The notes: generated from the sequence alone by a model not told the origin. A DNA stretch of 64,000 bases from Methanoregulaceae archaeon (GCA_050178135.1 JBFXGJ010000002.1:14407-78406), one strand, 5' to 3'. Counted from the stretch's first letter, positions 44,735-54,760 are shown. Numbers and translations: made by a program.

Positions 44735-45597
44735 TCCTCGCAGGTAAAAAGACCGGCGTGATCGTCGCCGGCGCAACCGGGCGACAGGGGCTCTTCCATA
44801 TCCGGTTGATGAACGAGTACGCCCACGAGGTCGGCGGTGTTGGGGTGGTCGCCGGCGTCACCCCCGGCAAGGGTGGCCAGGAGGCCGCGGGAGTGCCGGT
44901 CTACGACAGCATCCGCGCGGCCCTGAAGGAACATGACGCGGACGCCTCGGTGATCTTTGTCCCGGCAGGCGCTGCGGGCGACTCCATCATGGAGTCGGCG
45001 GCGAACGGTCTCTCGCTCGCCGTCGCGATCACCGAGCACATTCCGGTCCACGACACGATGAAGGCCCTCGCCTATGCCCGCCTCTGCGGGACGACCGTGA
45101 TCGGACCCAACTGCCCGGGCCTCCTCTCGCCAGGAGCGGCGAAGCTCGGGATCATGCCGACCCAGCTCGCGATGCCAGGCCCCGTCGGGGTCATATCGCG
45201 GTCGGGAACGCTCACCTACGAGATCGTTGATGAGCTGACCCGGGCGGGGATCGGCCAGTCGACGGTTGTCGGGATAGGGGGCGACCCGGTGATCGGGTCG
45301 ACGTTCATAGAGATCCTGGAGAGGTTCGAGAAGGACCCGGTGACGAAGGCGGTGGTGCTGGTGGGGGAGGTCGGTGGCGCCCTCGAACAGGAGGGGGCGG
45401 CCTCCACCTCGCTCCCGCTCGTCGCCTACGTTGCCGGCGTCTCGGCCCCGCCCGATAAAAGGATGGGCCACGCCGGTGCGATCGTCGAGGGCGGCGAGGG
45501 GGACGCCCGGTCCAAGATCCGGGCACTGGAGGCGATGGGCATAACCGTTGCCTCCCGCCCCTCCGAGATCCCGGGCCTGGTCAGCGGCCTCTTATGA
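44731..45597 (+). CDS. sucD: succinyl-CoA synthetase alpha subunit
   Basis: ATGA overlap with sucC. Motifs GITGRQG-like [23 protein letters not shown] and phosphohistidine loop MGHAGAI. Confidence 0.9.
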   Translation: MILAGKKTGVIVAGATGRQGLFHIRLMNEYAHEVGGVGVVAGVTPGKGGQEAAGVPVYDSIRAALKEHDADASVIFVPAGAAGDSIMESAANGLSLAVAITEHIPVHDTMKALAYARLCGTTVIGPNCPGLLSPGAAKLGIMPTQLAMPGPVGVISRSGTLTYEIVDELTRAGIGQSTVVGIGGDPVIGSTFIEILERFEKDPVTKAVVLVGEVGGALEQEGAASTSLPLVAYVAGVSAPPDKRMGHAGAIVEGGEGDARSKIRALEAMGITVASRPSEIPGLVSGLL

Positions 45598-46403
45598 GCC
45601 GGGACCGAGAGATGCTCGAGGCTGGACTCGGGCTCGCGTCGGTGATCGATGCACGCGCGGTGATCACCTTCGTCGCGGAAGAGGTCCCCTGCGGATCGCA
45701 CCAGGTCCCCATCCTCCGTGCAGGAGAGCTCGCGCTCGGGCAGGGAGCCACCACCCTCGAGGGGCTGCACGACGTCCTCCTCGACCGGCTCGGCAAGGCG
45801 GCGGGAGCAGTCGCCCTGGACAGCTCGGAAGGCGGTGAGGTCATCGGGGTCTTCCCGGACGGCCTGGTCGTCCTCGACCTCGAGCGTGTCCGGTCGAGGT
45901 TCGACCTCGCCCAGTTCGACACCGCAGCCCCCCGCGGAGTGATGGCCGCCGCCCTTCGCCTCGCCCTCGAGATCGGGCGAGAGGGGCGAGAGGGCAAGGC
46001 TGTGGGCACCGCCTTCATTATCGGCGACGGAGACGCGATCCTGGATGTATCGCACCAGCTGATCCTGAATCCCTATCTCGGGCACCCCCCGGAAGTGACC
46101 ACCATCCTCTCGCGCGAGAACTGGGAGTCGGTCAAGGAGTTTGCACAGCTCGATGGGATGTTCGTGGTGGACCGTTCGGGGGCGGTGATCGCGGCTGGAC
46201 GGTACCTTGATGTCGACTCCAAGTCGGTCTCCCTGCCGAGCGGGCTCGGCGGCCGGCACCGAGCGGCCGCGGCGATCACCACCCTCCTCCCGGTCGTCGC
46301 CGTGATCATCTCGGAGAGCGGCGGCACGGTCCGGGTCTTTCTCGAGGGCAGTTGCCGGATCGAGATCCGGCCCGACCTCGGAGTAGTCCGGGGCTGCGAA
46401 TGA
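45594..46403 (+). CDS. dacZ: DacZ-type diadenylate cyclase (PK_C-like N-domain plus DAC domain)
   Basis: ATGA overlap with sucD. DAC motifs GTAFIIGDGD, QLDGMFVVDRSGAVIAAGRYL, GGRHRAAAAIT, VIISESGGTVRVF. Confidence 0.75.
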   Translation: MSRDREMLEAGLGLASVIDARAVITFVAEEVPCGSHQVPILRAGELALGQGATTLEGLHDVLLDRLGKAAGAVALDSSEGGEVIGVFPDGLVVLDLERVRSRFDLAQFDTAAPRGVMAAALRLALEIGREGREGKAVGTAFIIGDGDAILDVSHQLILNPYLGHPPEVTTILSRENWESVKEFAQLDGMFVVDRSGAVIAAGRYLDVDSKSVSLPSGLGGRHRAAAAITTLLPVVAVIISESGGTVRVFLEGSCRIEIRPDLGVVRGCE

Positions 46404-47539
46404 GACGCCGGGTCTCGATCACTCGCTGTCCCGATTACGAGCCGTACCGGGTAGAGGATGCGTTCGCCGCCTGCCTCGCACCGCTCGGTGGGATCGAGGC
46501 GTTCGCCCGGCGCGGATCCCGCGTCCTTGTCAAGCCAAACCTGCTCGCGAGCCGGCCTCCCGACGCAGCGGTGACCACCCATCCCTCCGTCGTCCGAGCG
46601 GCAATCCGGGCACTACAGTCCGCCGGTACCGATGTCGTGGTGGGCGACTCGCCCGGGGGCCGGAACACTCCCGAACGATTCGCTGCGCTCCTCCGCCGAA
46701 CTGGCCTTGCACCCGTCCTCGAGGAGTGCGGGTGCGAGGCGGTCTTCTTCGACGAGGCATCGACCGAGCTTCCATCTCCCAGCGGCAGGGTGTATCGTCG
46801 GTTCCGGGTTGCTCGCGCCGTCACCGAGGCGGAGGCGGTGGTCTCGCTCTCGAAGTGCAAGACCCACCAGCTCACCCTCTGCACCGGGGCCGTCAAGAAC
46901 TGCTACGGCTACATTCCGGGCGTGGCGAAGGCCGAGTACCACCTCCACTCGGGGCAGGACCCGCGCCGGTTTGCTTCGCTCCTGCTCGACCTGTACCAGG
47001 CCCGCCCCCCCGTCCTCTCGGTGATGGATGCTATTGTCGGGATGGAGGGGAACGGTCCCTCGAACGGCCGTCCTCGCGCGCTTGGTCTCCTGCTCGCGAG
47101 TCCTCATGCCCCGGACCTCGACTTTGTCCAGGCGATGCTGCTGGGTATCGATCCCCTCGTCGTCCCGACCGTTCAAGAAGCGGCAGACCGGGGCGTTGGA
47201 CCGGGCACCGTGGAGGAGATCGAGTTTCTCGGTGATCCGTTCGGCGAACTCCGGGGAGCTGACTTCGAGCGTCCTGGGGCCCACCTTTCCTCGCGGGTGC
47301 CAGCCCCGCTCATCCGAGCAGCAAGCCGTTTCTTCGCCGTCCGACCACGGGTGGAAGAGGACCGGTGCCGTGGGTGCGGCGCCTGTGTGGAGAGTTGCCC
47401 GCCGGGCGCGATTGAGTTCAGCGGGCGGTACCCGCGTATCAGGTACCAGGACTGCATCCGGTGTTTCTGCTGCCAGGAACTCTGCCCTGCCGACGCGATC
47501 GCCCTCGACCGCCCCTTCCTCCGCCGCCTGATTGGGTAG
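46400..47539 (+). CDS. DUF362 domain protein with C-terminal 2x[4Fe-4S] ferredoxin domain
   Basis: ORF 46352-47539. ATG 46400 overlaps the dacZ stop. DUF362 pattern RVLVKPNLLASRPPDAAVTTHPSVVRA...VVVGDSPG. Cys motifs CRGCGACVESCP and CIRCFCCQELCP. Confidence 0.7.
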   Translation: MRRRVSITRCPDYEPYRVEDAFAACLAPLGGIEAFARRGSRVLVKPNLLASRPPDAAVTTHPSVVRAAIRALQSAGTDVVVGDSPGGRNTPERFAALLRRTGLAPVLEECGCEAVFFDEASTELPSPSGRVYRRFRVARAVTEAEAVVSLSKCKTHQLTLCTGAVKNCYGYIPGVAKAEYHLHSGQDPRRFASLLLDLYQARPPVLSVMDAIVGMEGNGPSNGRPRALGLLLASPHAPDLDFVQAMLLGIDPLVVPTVQEAADRGVGPGTVEEIEFLGDPFGELRGADFERPGAHLSSRVPAPLIRAASRFFAVRPRVEEDRCRGCGACVESCPPGAIEFSGRYPRIRYQDCIRCFCCQELCPADAIALDRPFLRRLIG

Positions 47540-47571
47540 CGCTATCTCATCCGCCATCCCACATTCAAGGT

Positions 47572-48036
47572 ATGAGACGCGGGTGTCTCCCTGTACTCCT
47601 TGTCATCGTCTCCCTCCTGGGAGCGGGTTGTCTCGAGTCTCCGCCAGCACAGGAGGGGCTCGGCGACGTCTCGGGTCACTGGTTGAAGAACTCGGGTGAG
47701 CCGGACATCCTTTTGAACCTCTCCGAGGGAGGTACAGCCGAGCTCAGGTTCTTGCTCGACCTCGGGATTGCGAAGACGATCCAGGTCCGAAACGGGTCGT
47801 GGGAGCCAACCGGCGGGAACCAGCTGAACCTCACTTACGTCGCACCGCTGAGCAACGGGACCAGGGTCCTCTCCCTCGAACGGGATGGGGACCGTCTCCA
47901 GCTGGTTAAGGTCTGGAACCAGACGGGCGAACTCGAGGGAGAGATGAACCTGAGCTTCCGGCATGTCGTCGGGGACCCGGGCCAGCAGTTCTACCTGGGG
48001 GTCGAGAACCCCTTCGCAACCCGTCTGCCGGCATAA
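47572..48036 (+). CDS. hypothetical lipoprotein
   Basis: ORF 47461-48036. ATG 47572 gives MRRGCLPVLLVIVSLLGAGC (signal plus lipobox). No family recognised. Confidence 0.45.
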   Translation: MRRGCLPVLLVIVSLLGAGCLESPPAQEGLGDVSGHWLKNSGEPDILLNLSEGGTAELRFLLDLGIAKTIQVRNGSWEPTGGNQLNLTYVAPLSNGTRVLSLERDGDRLQLVKVWNQTGELEGEMNLSFRHVVGDPGQQFYLGVENPFATRLPA

Positions 48037-48084
48037 GGCTATATTCCCCAAGAGGCAAACCTCCCGCCTGGAGGCTGACCCCAC

Positions 48085-48495
48085 ATGACCGGAGAAGAAG
48101 AAGAGAAGATCGGACCAGTCGTCGAGGTGACTGACCGGACCTTTGAGCACGAGGTGGAGAAGAGCGAGCGGCCTGTTGTGGTGATGTTCTACTCCGAGAC
48201 ATGCCCCCACTGCGCGACGATCATGCCGTACTTCCAGGAGATGGCACGTGAGTTCGGAGCTCGGGTCAGGTTCGCACGTCTCGACATCGCAACGAATCCC
48301 TGGTCTATCGAACGGTTTGCCATCCGTTCGACCCCGACCTTCACCTTCTTCTGCAGTGGACGGGCCCTGCGGGAGATCGTCGGCGCTGTGTATCCGGCGG
48401 TTATCAAGAAACAGATCGAGGAGTTCGAGCGCGACGGCCCTGAGTGCGCTCGGCTCTCGACCGAGATCCGGTACGACATCTCGGGCTACGCCTGA
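48085..48495 (+). CDS. thioredoxin-fold protein
   Basis: Active-site motif CPHC in FYSETCPHCATIMPYF, and cis-Pro region RSTPTFTFF. Confidence 0.8.
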   Translation: MTGEEEEKIGPVVEVTDRTFEHEVEKSERPVVVMFYSETCPHCATIMPYFQEMAREFGARVRFARLDIATNPWSIERFAIRSTPTFTFFCSGRALREIVGAVYPAVIKKQIEEFERDGPECARLSTEIRYDISGYA

Positions 48496-48540
48496 CCGGA
48501 GACCCAACGCTTATCTCTTTTCCACGAAGACAGAGAGATC

Positions 48541-49458
48541 ATGGTTGACCGAAGGGCGCTCGTCCTCGCCCTTGTCGTCCTTCTCGCGGTGAGTGGATGT
48601 CTTGATCGTTCCGCCCTCTCTCCCGGCGGGAATGAGCAGGTGCTCCTGGAGCGGGTGAACGCGCTGGAGGAGGAGAACGCCGATCTTCGGGAGCAGCTCG
48701 AGCAGGAGAACCTCTCAGTCCGATCGTACGAGAACCAGCTCGCGTTCTACCGGTCGCAGATGGGAGAAGCGGTCTGCACCCTCCCGGGCCTGAACAGCAC
48801 CGCGCTTTCGGGCTCTGCCTCGCTCGAAGCGCCGGCGGTGATGCAGCGGCGGGTCTATGAACGGGACGGACCGTTCATCTCCGAGAGGATCGAGCAGGAG
48901 GGCTCCCTGATCCATGTCACGGTCGAGATCGCGCCCGGACGGGGGCGGGTGCTCGTCCATACGACCCCGCTGATGGGCGAGGTCTTCCAGGACGCGGCGA
49001 ACACTGCCGTCTTCGTGGCGCAGGCCAGGACCGGGCGGGACCTCTCCCGTTCGGATGTGATCGTCTCGATCGTCGCTGACGACGAGGTCCCTGCCGTGAA
49101 TGGAGGGTCGGCGGGTGCCCTCATGACCCTCTTGATGATCTCGGCGATCGAGGGGTCGTCGGTCCGGTCCGACGTGACGCTCACCGGCACTATCGACCAG
49201 GAAGGGCATGTCGGCGCGATCGGCGGCGTGCTGGAGAAGGCAATGGCGGCGAAAGAGAAGGGCAAGACCCTCTTTTTACTCCCGCGCGAGAACAGCCAGC
49301 TGGTCCGTTACACCGAGCGAACCCGGGACTACTACGGTTACACCATCATCCAGCAGGTGCCCGAACGGGTTGATGCCAAGCAGTACATCGAGTCCAAGAT
49401 CGGGATCAGGACCGAGTACGTCGAGAACATCGAGGACGTTCTCCGCTTCGCCCGGTAG
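48541..49458 (+). CDS. membrane/lipid-anchored S16 (Lon C-terminal proteolytic domain) peptidase
   Basis: Signal plus lipobox LLAVSGC and a coiled-coil segment. Ser-Lys dyad context VNGGSAGALMTLLMISAIEG and GGVLEKAMAAKEKG. Confidence 0.65.
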   Translation: MVDRRALVLALVVLLAVSGCLDRSALSPGGNEQVLLERVNALEEENADLREQLEQENLSVRSYENQLAFYRSQMGEAVCTLPGLNSTALSGSASLEAPAVMQRRVYERDGPFISERIEQEGSLIHVTVEIAPGRGRVLVHTTPLMGEVFQDAANTAVFVAQARTGRDLSRSDVIVSIVADDEVPAVNGGSAGALMTLLMISAIEGSSVRSDVTLTGTIDQEGHVGAIGGVLEKAMAAKEKGKTLFLLPRENSQLVRYTERTRDYYGYTIIQQVPERVDAKQYIESKIGIRTEYVENIEDVLRFAR

Positions 49459-49613
49459 GCGTTGAGTCCCGCTCGCCGGCGTCGACCTCCGGATGGTTCT
49501 TTCCGCGGGCGCAGGGCGTCCTGTGGCCACCCGCAGGCTTTTCTTTTCTCGTGGCTCACGTTGTGGACGATGTATTCGGATCATCGCCCTGGAATGGGCA
49601 TCGGGAGGGCTGC

Positions 49614-50132
49614 ATGAGCCCGAAGGACCTGGAACGGATCCCCGAATCCGCGCGCTGGATGGTCTGCTCCCGTCTCCTCGCGAAGCTGCCGCTCCTCTAT
49701 GACATCGTCTATCGCCCGGTCGTGGGGGAGTCCTACGACGAGCGAGAACACGAGATCTGGATCGAGGTGGCCCGCGAGGCCCGCGACCTCGCCGACGCCT
49801 TTCACCTGCCCCGAAAGACTGCCGAAGAACTGGCGGGGACGCTCTCGACACTGGCATGGGCCTTCTTCGGGAAGGACTTCCAGTTCGACCGGGTAACGGA
49901 AAATGAAGGGAGTGCCGCTCTCCGCATCCGCCGGTGCCCTTTCGTCGAGGAGGCCGACCTCGTCGAGATCGACCACGGCCTTCTTCCCGACCGGTGCCTA
50001 GCCTTCATGATCCCCCTCGTCGAGATGCTGAACCCCACGTTTACCCTTCGATACGTCCGGGCCGCCTGCACGGGCGACCGGGCCTGCGAGCTCCGGCTGC
50101 TCCCACGGGAGCAGGCAGACGAGGTGGCGTAG
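49614..50132 (+). CDS. hypothetical protein, possibly ATC-hydrolase-like family
   Basis: ORF 49551-50132. C-terminal pattern RRCPF...DRCLAFMIPLVEM...TGDRACELRL resembles the L-2-amino-thiazoline-4-carboxylate hydrolase family. Start uncertain. Confidence 0.35.
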   Translation: MSPKDLERIPESARWMVCSRLLAKLPLLYDIVYRPVVGESYDEREHEIWIEVAREARDLADAFHLPRKTAEELAGTLSTLAWAFFGKDFQFDRVTENEGSAALRIRRCPFVEEADLVEIDHGLLPDRCLAFMIPLVEMLNPTFTLRYVRAACTGDRACELRLLPREQADEVA

Positions 50133-50138
50133 TCTCGC

Positions 50139-50558
50139 TTACTCCGAGGGCCAGGAGGCGCCCTCGGACTGGTCTTCGCAGGGCATCGAGAGGTGGAGCT
50201 GCGCCAGGCGCCATACCTTCTCGTTCCGACGGAGCACGGCGGTGAACCGCCCCTCCATCAGGCCCTCCAAGGTCCCGGTGTCGAACTCGAAACGGCAGGT
50301 TCCCATCACCCATGCAGCCGTCCCCTCGACCGTGCAGCGACGGTCCGAGAAGGAGATGGTGGCCGACCTGGTCTGGGCGAAGTCGCGCTCGACGGATCGG
50401 CGGAACTCGTCTGCGTTCGAGACGACCTCGTCAGGGCCGGTGCCGAATCCATGGAAGTCGAGCTCGACGAGGGAGACGACCCCCGCGAGGTCTCGATGGG
50501 CGTACAGCACGGTGTAACTGTCAAGGGTACGGTTGATCCCGATGCATTCCGGATCCAT
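50139..50558 (-). CDS. NTF2-like (SnoaL/DUF4440-type) protein
   Basis: 139 aa. Pattern ...FHGFGTGPDEVV...GTAAWVMGTCRFEF...RFTAVLRRNEKVWRLAQLHLS is typical of SnoaL-like folds. Confidence 0.5.
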   Translation of the reverse strand: MDPECIGINRTLDSYTVLYAHRDLAGVVSLVELDFHGFGTGPDEVVSNADEFRRSVERDFAQTRSATISFSDRRCTVEGTAAWVMGTCRFEFDTGTLEGLMEGRFTAVLRRNEKVWRLAQLHLSMPCEDQSEGASWPSE

Positions 50559-50614
50559 GGATGTGATATCAGCAGACCGACGGTTGAGCCTGCCGATTCA
50601 TTTCTTGTCCCCGT

Positions 50615-52081
50615 TTGCTGTTCGGAAGGTTCCCGCAGCTTGATGAGGCCGGCGGACGAAGATCGGTCGTGTACGACCTCCTGGTCCGGGACGGGCTCGT
50701 GGTCTCGCCGGCGGGGACGCGCCGGGCCGATATCGCAATCCTCGACGGGCGGATCGTTGAAGTGGGAGCGGTGACAGGGACGGCACGGCGGAGGATCGAC
50801 GCCTCCGGTCTCTTTGTCCTCCCAGGTGGGGTGGAGCCGCACATGCACGTCGAGAACGACTTTCTGGGTCTATCCACGGCGAACGACTTCTACACCCAAT
50901 CGATCGCCGCCGCCTTTGGGGGGACCACCACCCTCTTCGACTTCGCTGCCGCTCCCCGCGGAGGCTCGCTCCTGGAGGCGATCGAACGGAGAAAGGAGCA
51001 GATGAGGAAATCCGCGCTCGACCACGCGATTCATGGACGGGTCCTGGAGCGGGCGCACATCGACGAGGTCTCTGCAGCGGCGAAGGCGGGGTGCCCATCC
51101 TTCAAGCTCTACCTAACCTATCCCGAGGTCGGCCTGATGGTGGACGACGCCACTGTTCTCGAGGCGTTCGTCCGAGCCGCCTCCTGTGGCGCCCTGCCGC
51201 TCGTCCACGCCGAATCGGACCCCATCGCGGCCTTTCTCGTCGCCCGGGCCAAGAGCGACGGTGACCTATCGTGGTCGCGGTACCCCGACGTGAAACCCCC
51301 TGCCTGCGAGGCGGAGGCCTTCGGAAGGGTCACCTGGTTCGCCCGGACAGTCTCCTGCCCCATCTACGTCGTCCACACGACCGTCCGGGCGGCAGTTGAC
51401 TGCGCCCGCCGCGCCCATGCCATCGGCCAGGAGCTGTACGTCGAGACCTGTCCCCAGTACCTCGTCCTCGACCGCTCGCTCTACGACGATACCGAACGCG
51501 GTCCCCTTGCCGTCTGCTCCCCGCCCCTCCGGGGGAAGGGAGAGGCGGCGGCGCTCTGGGTGGGGCTCGCCGATGGCACCATCTCCGCGGTGGGGTCTGA
51601 CGATTGCGCCTACACTCGTCCGGCAAAGGAGGCATTCCTGGAGCGAGACGCCGCTGGTCGGCCAGTCCCGGACTTCACCCGGGTCGTCCAGGGGGTGCCG
51701 GGGATCGAATGCCGCCTGCCGCTCCTCCTCTCCGAGGGGGTGGCCCGCGGGCGCATCACGATAGAGCAGGTGGTCGGGCTGACCAGCACGAATCCTGCAC
51801 GCTACTTCGGCCTCTATCCGCGAAAGGGAGTGATCGCCCCCGGGGCCGATGCGGACCTCGTCCTGGTCGACCTATCGGCCGAGCGGACCCTCTCGGCCTC
51901 GTGCCTCCACACCCCTCTCGACTACTGTCTCTACGAGGGTCTCCGGGTGAGGGGATGGCCCGTGATGACGATCTCGTCCGGGGGCATTGTGGTCGAGGAC
52001 GGCGAGTTCACAGGGACGAGGGGCGCGGGCCGGTTCCTGGAGAGAGAAGTGCGAGAAGCACCGACCCGTCCGGCAGGATAA
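50615..52081 (+). CDS. cyclic amidohydrolase (D-hydantoinase/dihydropyrimidinase-like)
   Basis: Motifs VLPGGVEPHMHV, GGTTTLFDFA, SFKLYLTY (carbamylated-Lys context), LVHAESD, ETCPQYLVL, CSPPLR. Start uncertain. Confidence 0.65.
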   Translation: MLFGRFPQLDEAGGRRSVVYDLLVRDGLVVSPAGTRRADIAILDGRIVEVGAVTGTARRRIDASGLFVLPGGVEPHMHVENDFLGLSTANDFYTQSIAAAFGGTTTLFDFAAAPRGGSLLEAIERRKEQMRKSALDHAIHGRVLERAHIDEVSAAAKAGCPSFKLYLTYPEVGLMVDDATVLEAFVRAASCGALPLVHAESDPIAAFLVARAKSDGDLSWSRYPDVKPPACEAEAFGRVTWFARTVSCPIYVVHTTVRAAVDCARRAHAIGQELYVETCPQYLVLDRSLYDDTERGPLAVCSPPLRGKGEAAALWVGLADGTISAVGSDDCAYTRPAKEAFLERDAAGRPVPDFTRVVQGVPGIECRLPLLLSEGVARGRITIEQVVGLTSTNPARYFGLYPRKGVIAPGADADLVLVDLSAERTLSASCLHTPLDYCLYEGLRVRGWPVMTISSGGIVVEDGEFTGTRGAGRFLEREVREAPTRPAG

Positions 52082-52120
52082 TAAGCTGGGACGTTACTCA
52101 AGACTGCTGGAGAACCCGGC

Positions 52121-52387
52121 ATGCCATTCTCGTACAACCCGGTCGGCGTCGTGAACCTGGTCCTGGCGACCCTGGTCATGGTCCTGGGGTACTGGGGATA
52201 CCGGACGAGTGGTCGGAAGACGGAGGCACTGGTGGGCGGCGCCTTCGGCCTCTTCGCGATCTCGCACCTACTCACCCTCCTCGGCGTCGTCTCCAGCGAC
52301 CTCCTGATCATCGCTCTCAGGACCACCGCGTACCTGGTCATGGTCTTTGCCCTCCTCCGCGTCGCCTCTGGCCATACCTACGGATGA
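52121..52387 (+). CDS. small hypothetical membrane protein (3 predicted TM)
   Basis: 88-aa ORF with three hydrophobic stretches and high GC3. Confidence 0.4.
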   Translation: MPFSYNPVGVVNLVLATLVMVLGYWGYRTSGRKTEALVGGAFGLFAISHLLTLLGVVSSDLLIIALRTTAYLVMVFALLRVASGHTYG

Positions 52388-52547
52388 CACCGGCATCACA
52401 CGAGCTGGTGTTTGCCCCGTGTTTCTCCGTCCTTTACCCCAGGCGCCCCGTCCAGGGGGGCCGAGAGGCCCGAGCTTCCGGTCCCGTAACCGATCAAAAC
52501 CCTTTTATCTCCTTACAGGACCCTTCAGTCTGGTTGAGGTCGTCGCA

Positions 52548-54602
52548 ATGGCAAAGACGTTGATGCCGGAAGAGGAGGCGTACCGGCTGTTGCGCGGGGC
52601 GGGCGTGCCGGTCCCGCCCTCCGCTCAGGCTGCCACCCGCGCGGAAGCAATCCGCGCCGCGGAAGAGATCGGGTTCCCGGTTGTGATGAAGATCGTCTCG
52701 CCTGACGTGGTCCACAAGACCGACGCGGGCGGCGTGGTGCTGGACATCGGTTCACCCGGGGAGGCAGGAGAAGCGTACGACCGGATCCTCACGAGCGTGC
52801 GAGCGCACCGTCCCGATGCGCAAGTCGACGGGGTGCTCGTTGTCGGCCAGGCCCCCCCGGGGTTCGAGTTGATCATCGGTGGCCGGACGGACGCGTCCTT
52901 CGGCAAGGTGCTGACCTTCGGGCTCGGCGGGACCCTGGTCGAGTTCCTCCAGGACGTCGTGGTCCGGGTGCTGCCCCTTTCCGACGACGAGATCGCCGGA
53001 ATGGTCCTGCAACTCGGGGCCTACCGGCTGATACAGGGGTACCGCGATTACCCCCCCCTCGACGAAGAGGCGCTCCTCTCTCTCATCGGACGGGTCGCCC
53101 GCCTCTTTCAGGACGCCCCGAACCTCGCGGAGTTCGACCTCAACCCGGTCCGGCTGTACGGTTCCGGGGCGATGGTCGTTGATGCGCGGGTCTACTTCGA
53201 CGACCTGCCGGTTGAGGCCCCCTGTGTCGAGCCCGACCCAATCCCGCCAGACCTTTTCCTCCCCCGATCGATTGCGGTCGTCGGGGCGTCGACCGATCCA
53301 ACAAAGGTCGGGTATGCCGCGTTCCGAAACCTCCTCCGTTTCAAGGGGGACCTCTACCCGGTGAACCCGAAGAGGGACGAGGTCCTGGGACGGAAGGCCT
53401 ACCCCACGCTCACATCGCTCCCCGATCCGGTCGACATGGTGGTGGTTGCCATCCCCGCCGTCCTGGTCCCCGGCGTGATCGAGGAGGCGGGACGGGCCGG
53501 CGCTCGGGTCGCCGTGATCCTCTCGGCTGGTTTCCGCGAGGCAGGAGAGGAGGGCGCCCGGCTCGAGGAGGCACTCCTTGCGAACGCAGAGAGGGCTGGT
53601 ATCCGCGTGGTCGGCCCCAACTGCCTCGGCATCATGCTACCGCCGTACCGGATCAACACCACCTTTGACCCGGTCTCGCCCCGGGCCGGTACGATCGCGT
53701 TCATCTCGCAGTCGGGGGCCGTGATCACGATGGTCGTCGACTGGTCGCTTCCCGAGGAGATCGGCTTCTCGGTTGTGATAAGCGTCGGCAACCAGGCGGA
53801 CCTCTCGTTCCAGGACTACCTCCGCTATGCCGAGCAGGATTCGAATACCCGGTCGATCATCATGTACGTCGAAGAGATACGGGACGGGTGCGGATTCTTA
53901 CGGATCGTCCGACGGGTGGCCGCCCGCAAACCGGTAATCATCCTGAAGTCCGGTTCGTCTGCGCGGGGGAAGAAGACCGCGTCGTCGCACACGGGCTCCA
54001 TCGCCGGGGACTACGAGGTCTATCGAGGCGCCTTCGAACAGGCGGGAGTGATCGCAGTCGACTCGTTCTCCGAGGCCTTTCAGATCGCGGAGCTCCTCGG
54101 CTCCGAGGGGTACCCGCAGGGGCGTCGGGCCCTGGTCGTGACGAGTGCCGGGGGGCTTGCCGTCCTCTCGTCGGACTATGCGGAACGATACGGGGTGGAC
54201 CTGATCGAACTCCCCGCCGCCCTCCTCGCCGAGCTCGATGGAATTCTTCCCGACGAGTGGAACCGGCAGAACCCGCTCGACCTGATCGGTGACGCCGGTG
54301 CCGATCGGTTCGCGCGGGTCTTCGACGCCCTCATCCGCCGGCAGGACCTCTGGGACATCGCGGTCGTGATCGCGGTGCCGTCCGCGACGATGGACCCGGC
54401 GCACCTCGCCAACGAGGTGGTCCGGTTCAGCGAGCACACGGACAAGATGATCGTGGGCTGTCTTGCCGGCGGCGACTCGATCCGGGCCGGCCTTCGCATC
54501 CTCCGCGAGCATCACATACCGAACTTCGAGGAGATCGAGGACGCGTTTCGGGCCCTCGGAACCGTCTTCTCCGTCCGGGACCCGGACCGGTCGAACCGGT
54601 GA
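52548..54602 (+). CDS. ADP-forming acetyl-CoA synthetase family protein, fused with ATP-grasp (beta) part first
   Basis: ORF 52347-54602, ATG 52548. N-terminal ATP-grasp block FPVVMKIVSPDVVHKTDAGGVVLDI, then CoA-binding SIAVVGASTDPTKVGYAAFRNL, GPNCLG, SQSGA and a ligase-CoA domain. Confidence 0.8.
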   Translation: MAKTLMPEEEAYRLLRGAGVPVPPSAQAATRAEAIRAAEEIGFPVVMKIVSPDVVHKTDAGGVVLDIGSPGEAGEAYDRILTSVRAHRPDAQVDGVLVVGQAPPGFELIIGGRTDASFGKVLTFGLGGTLVEFLQDVVVRVLPLSDDEIAGMVLQLGAYRLIQGYRDYPPLDEEALLSLIGRVARLFQDAPNLAEFDLNPVRLYGSGAMVVDARVYFDDLPVEAPCVEPDPIPPDLFLPRSIAVVGASTDPTKVGYAAFRNLLRFKGDLYPVNPKRDEVLGRKAYPTLTSLPDPVDMVVVAIPAVLVPGVIEEAGRAGARVAVILSAGFREAGEEGARLEEALLANAERAGIRVVGPNCLGIMLPPYRINTTFDPVSPRAGTIAFISQSGAVITMVVDWSLPEEIGFSVVISVGNQADLSFQDYLRYAEQDSNTRSIIMYVEEIRDGCGFLRIVRRVAARKPVIILKSGSSARGKKTASSHTGSIAGDYEVYRGAFEQAGVIAVDSFSEAFQIAELLGSEGYPQGRRALVVTSAGGLAVLSSDYAERYGVDLIELPAALLAELDGILPDEWNRQNPLDLIGDAGADRFARVFDALIRRQDLWDIAVVIAVPSATMDPAHLANEVVRFSEHTDKMIVGCLAGGDSIRAGLRILREHHIPNFEEIEDAFRALGTVFSVRDPDRSNR

Positions 54603-54760
54603 GGAGCCCGGTCTCCCGTTACTCCTGCAGCTCGGCCCAGTTCACGTGAATGTGGCTCTGCGCTCCTGGGGCGGCGCGGGCGCCTGTTCCTACCTGGACG
54701 ACGTCGAGCCCCAGAGAGATGGGGCAATCCTTTACCCTTCCCCCGCCGACAGATCCACCA

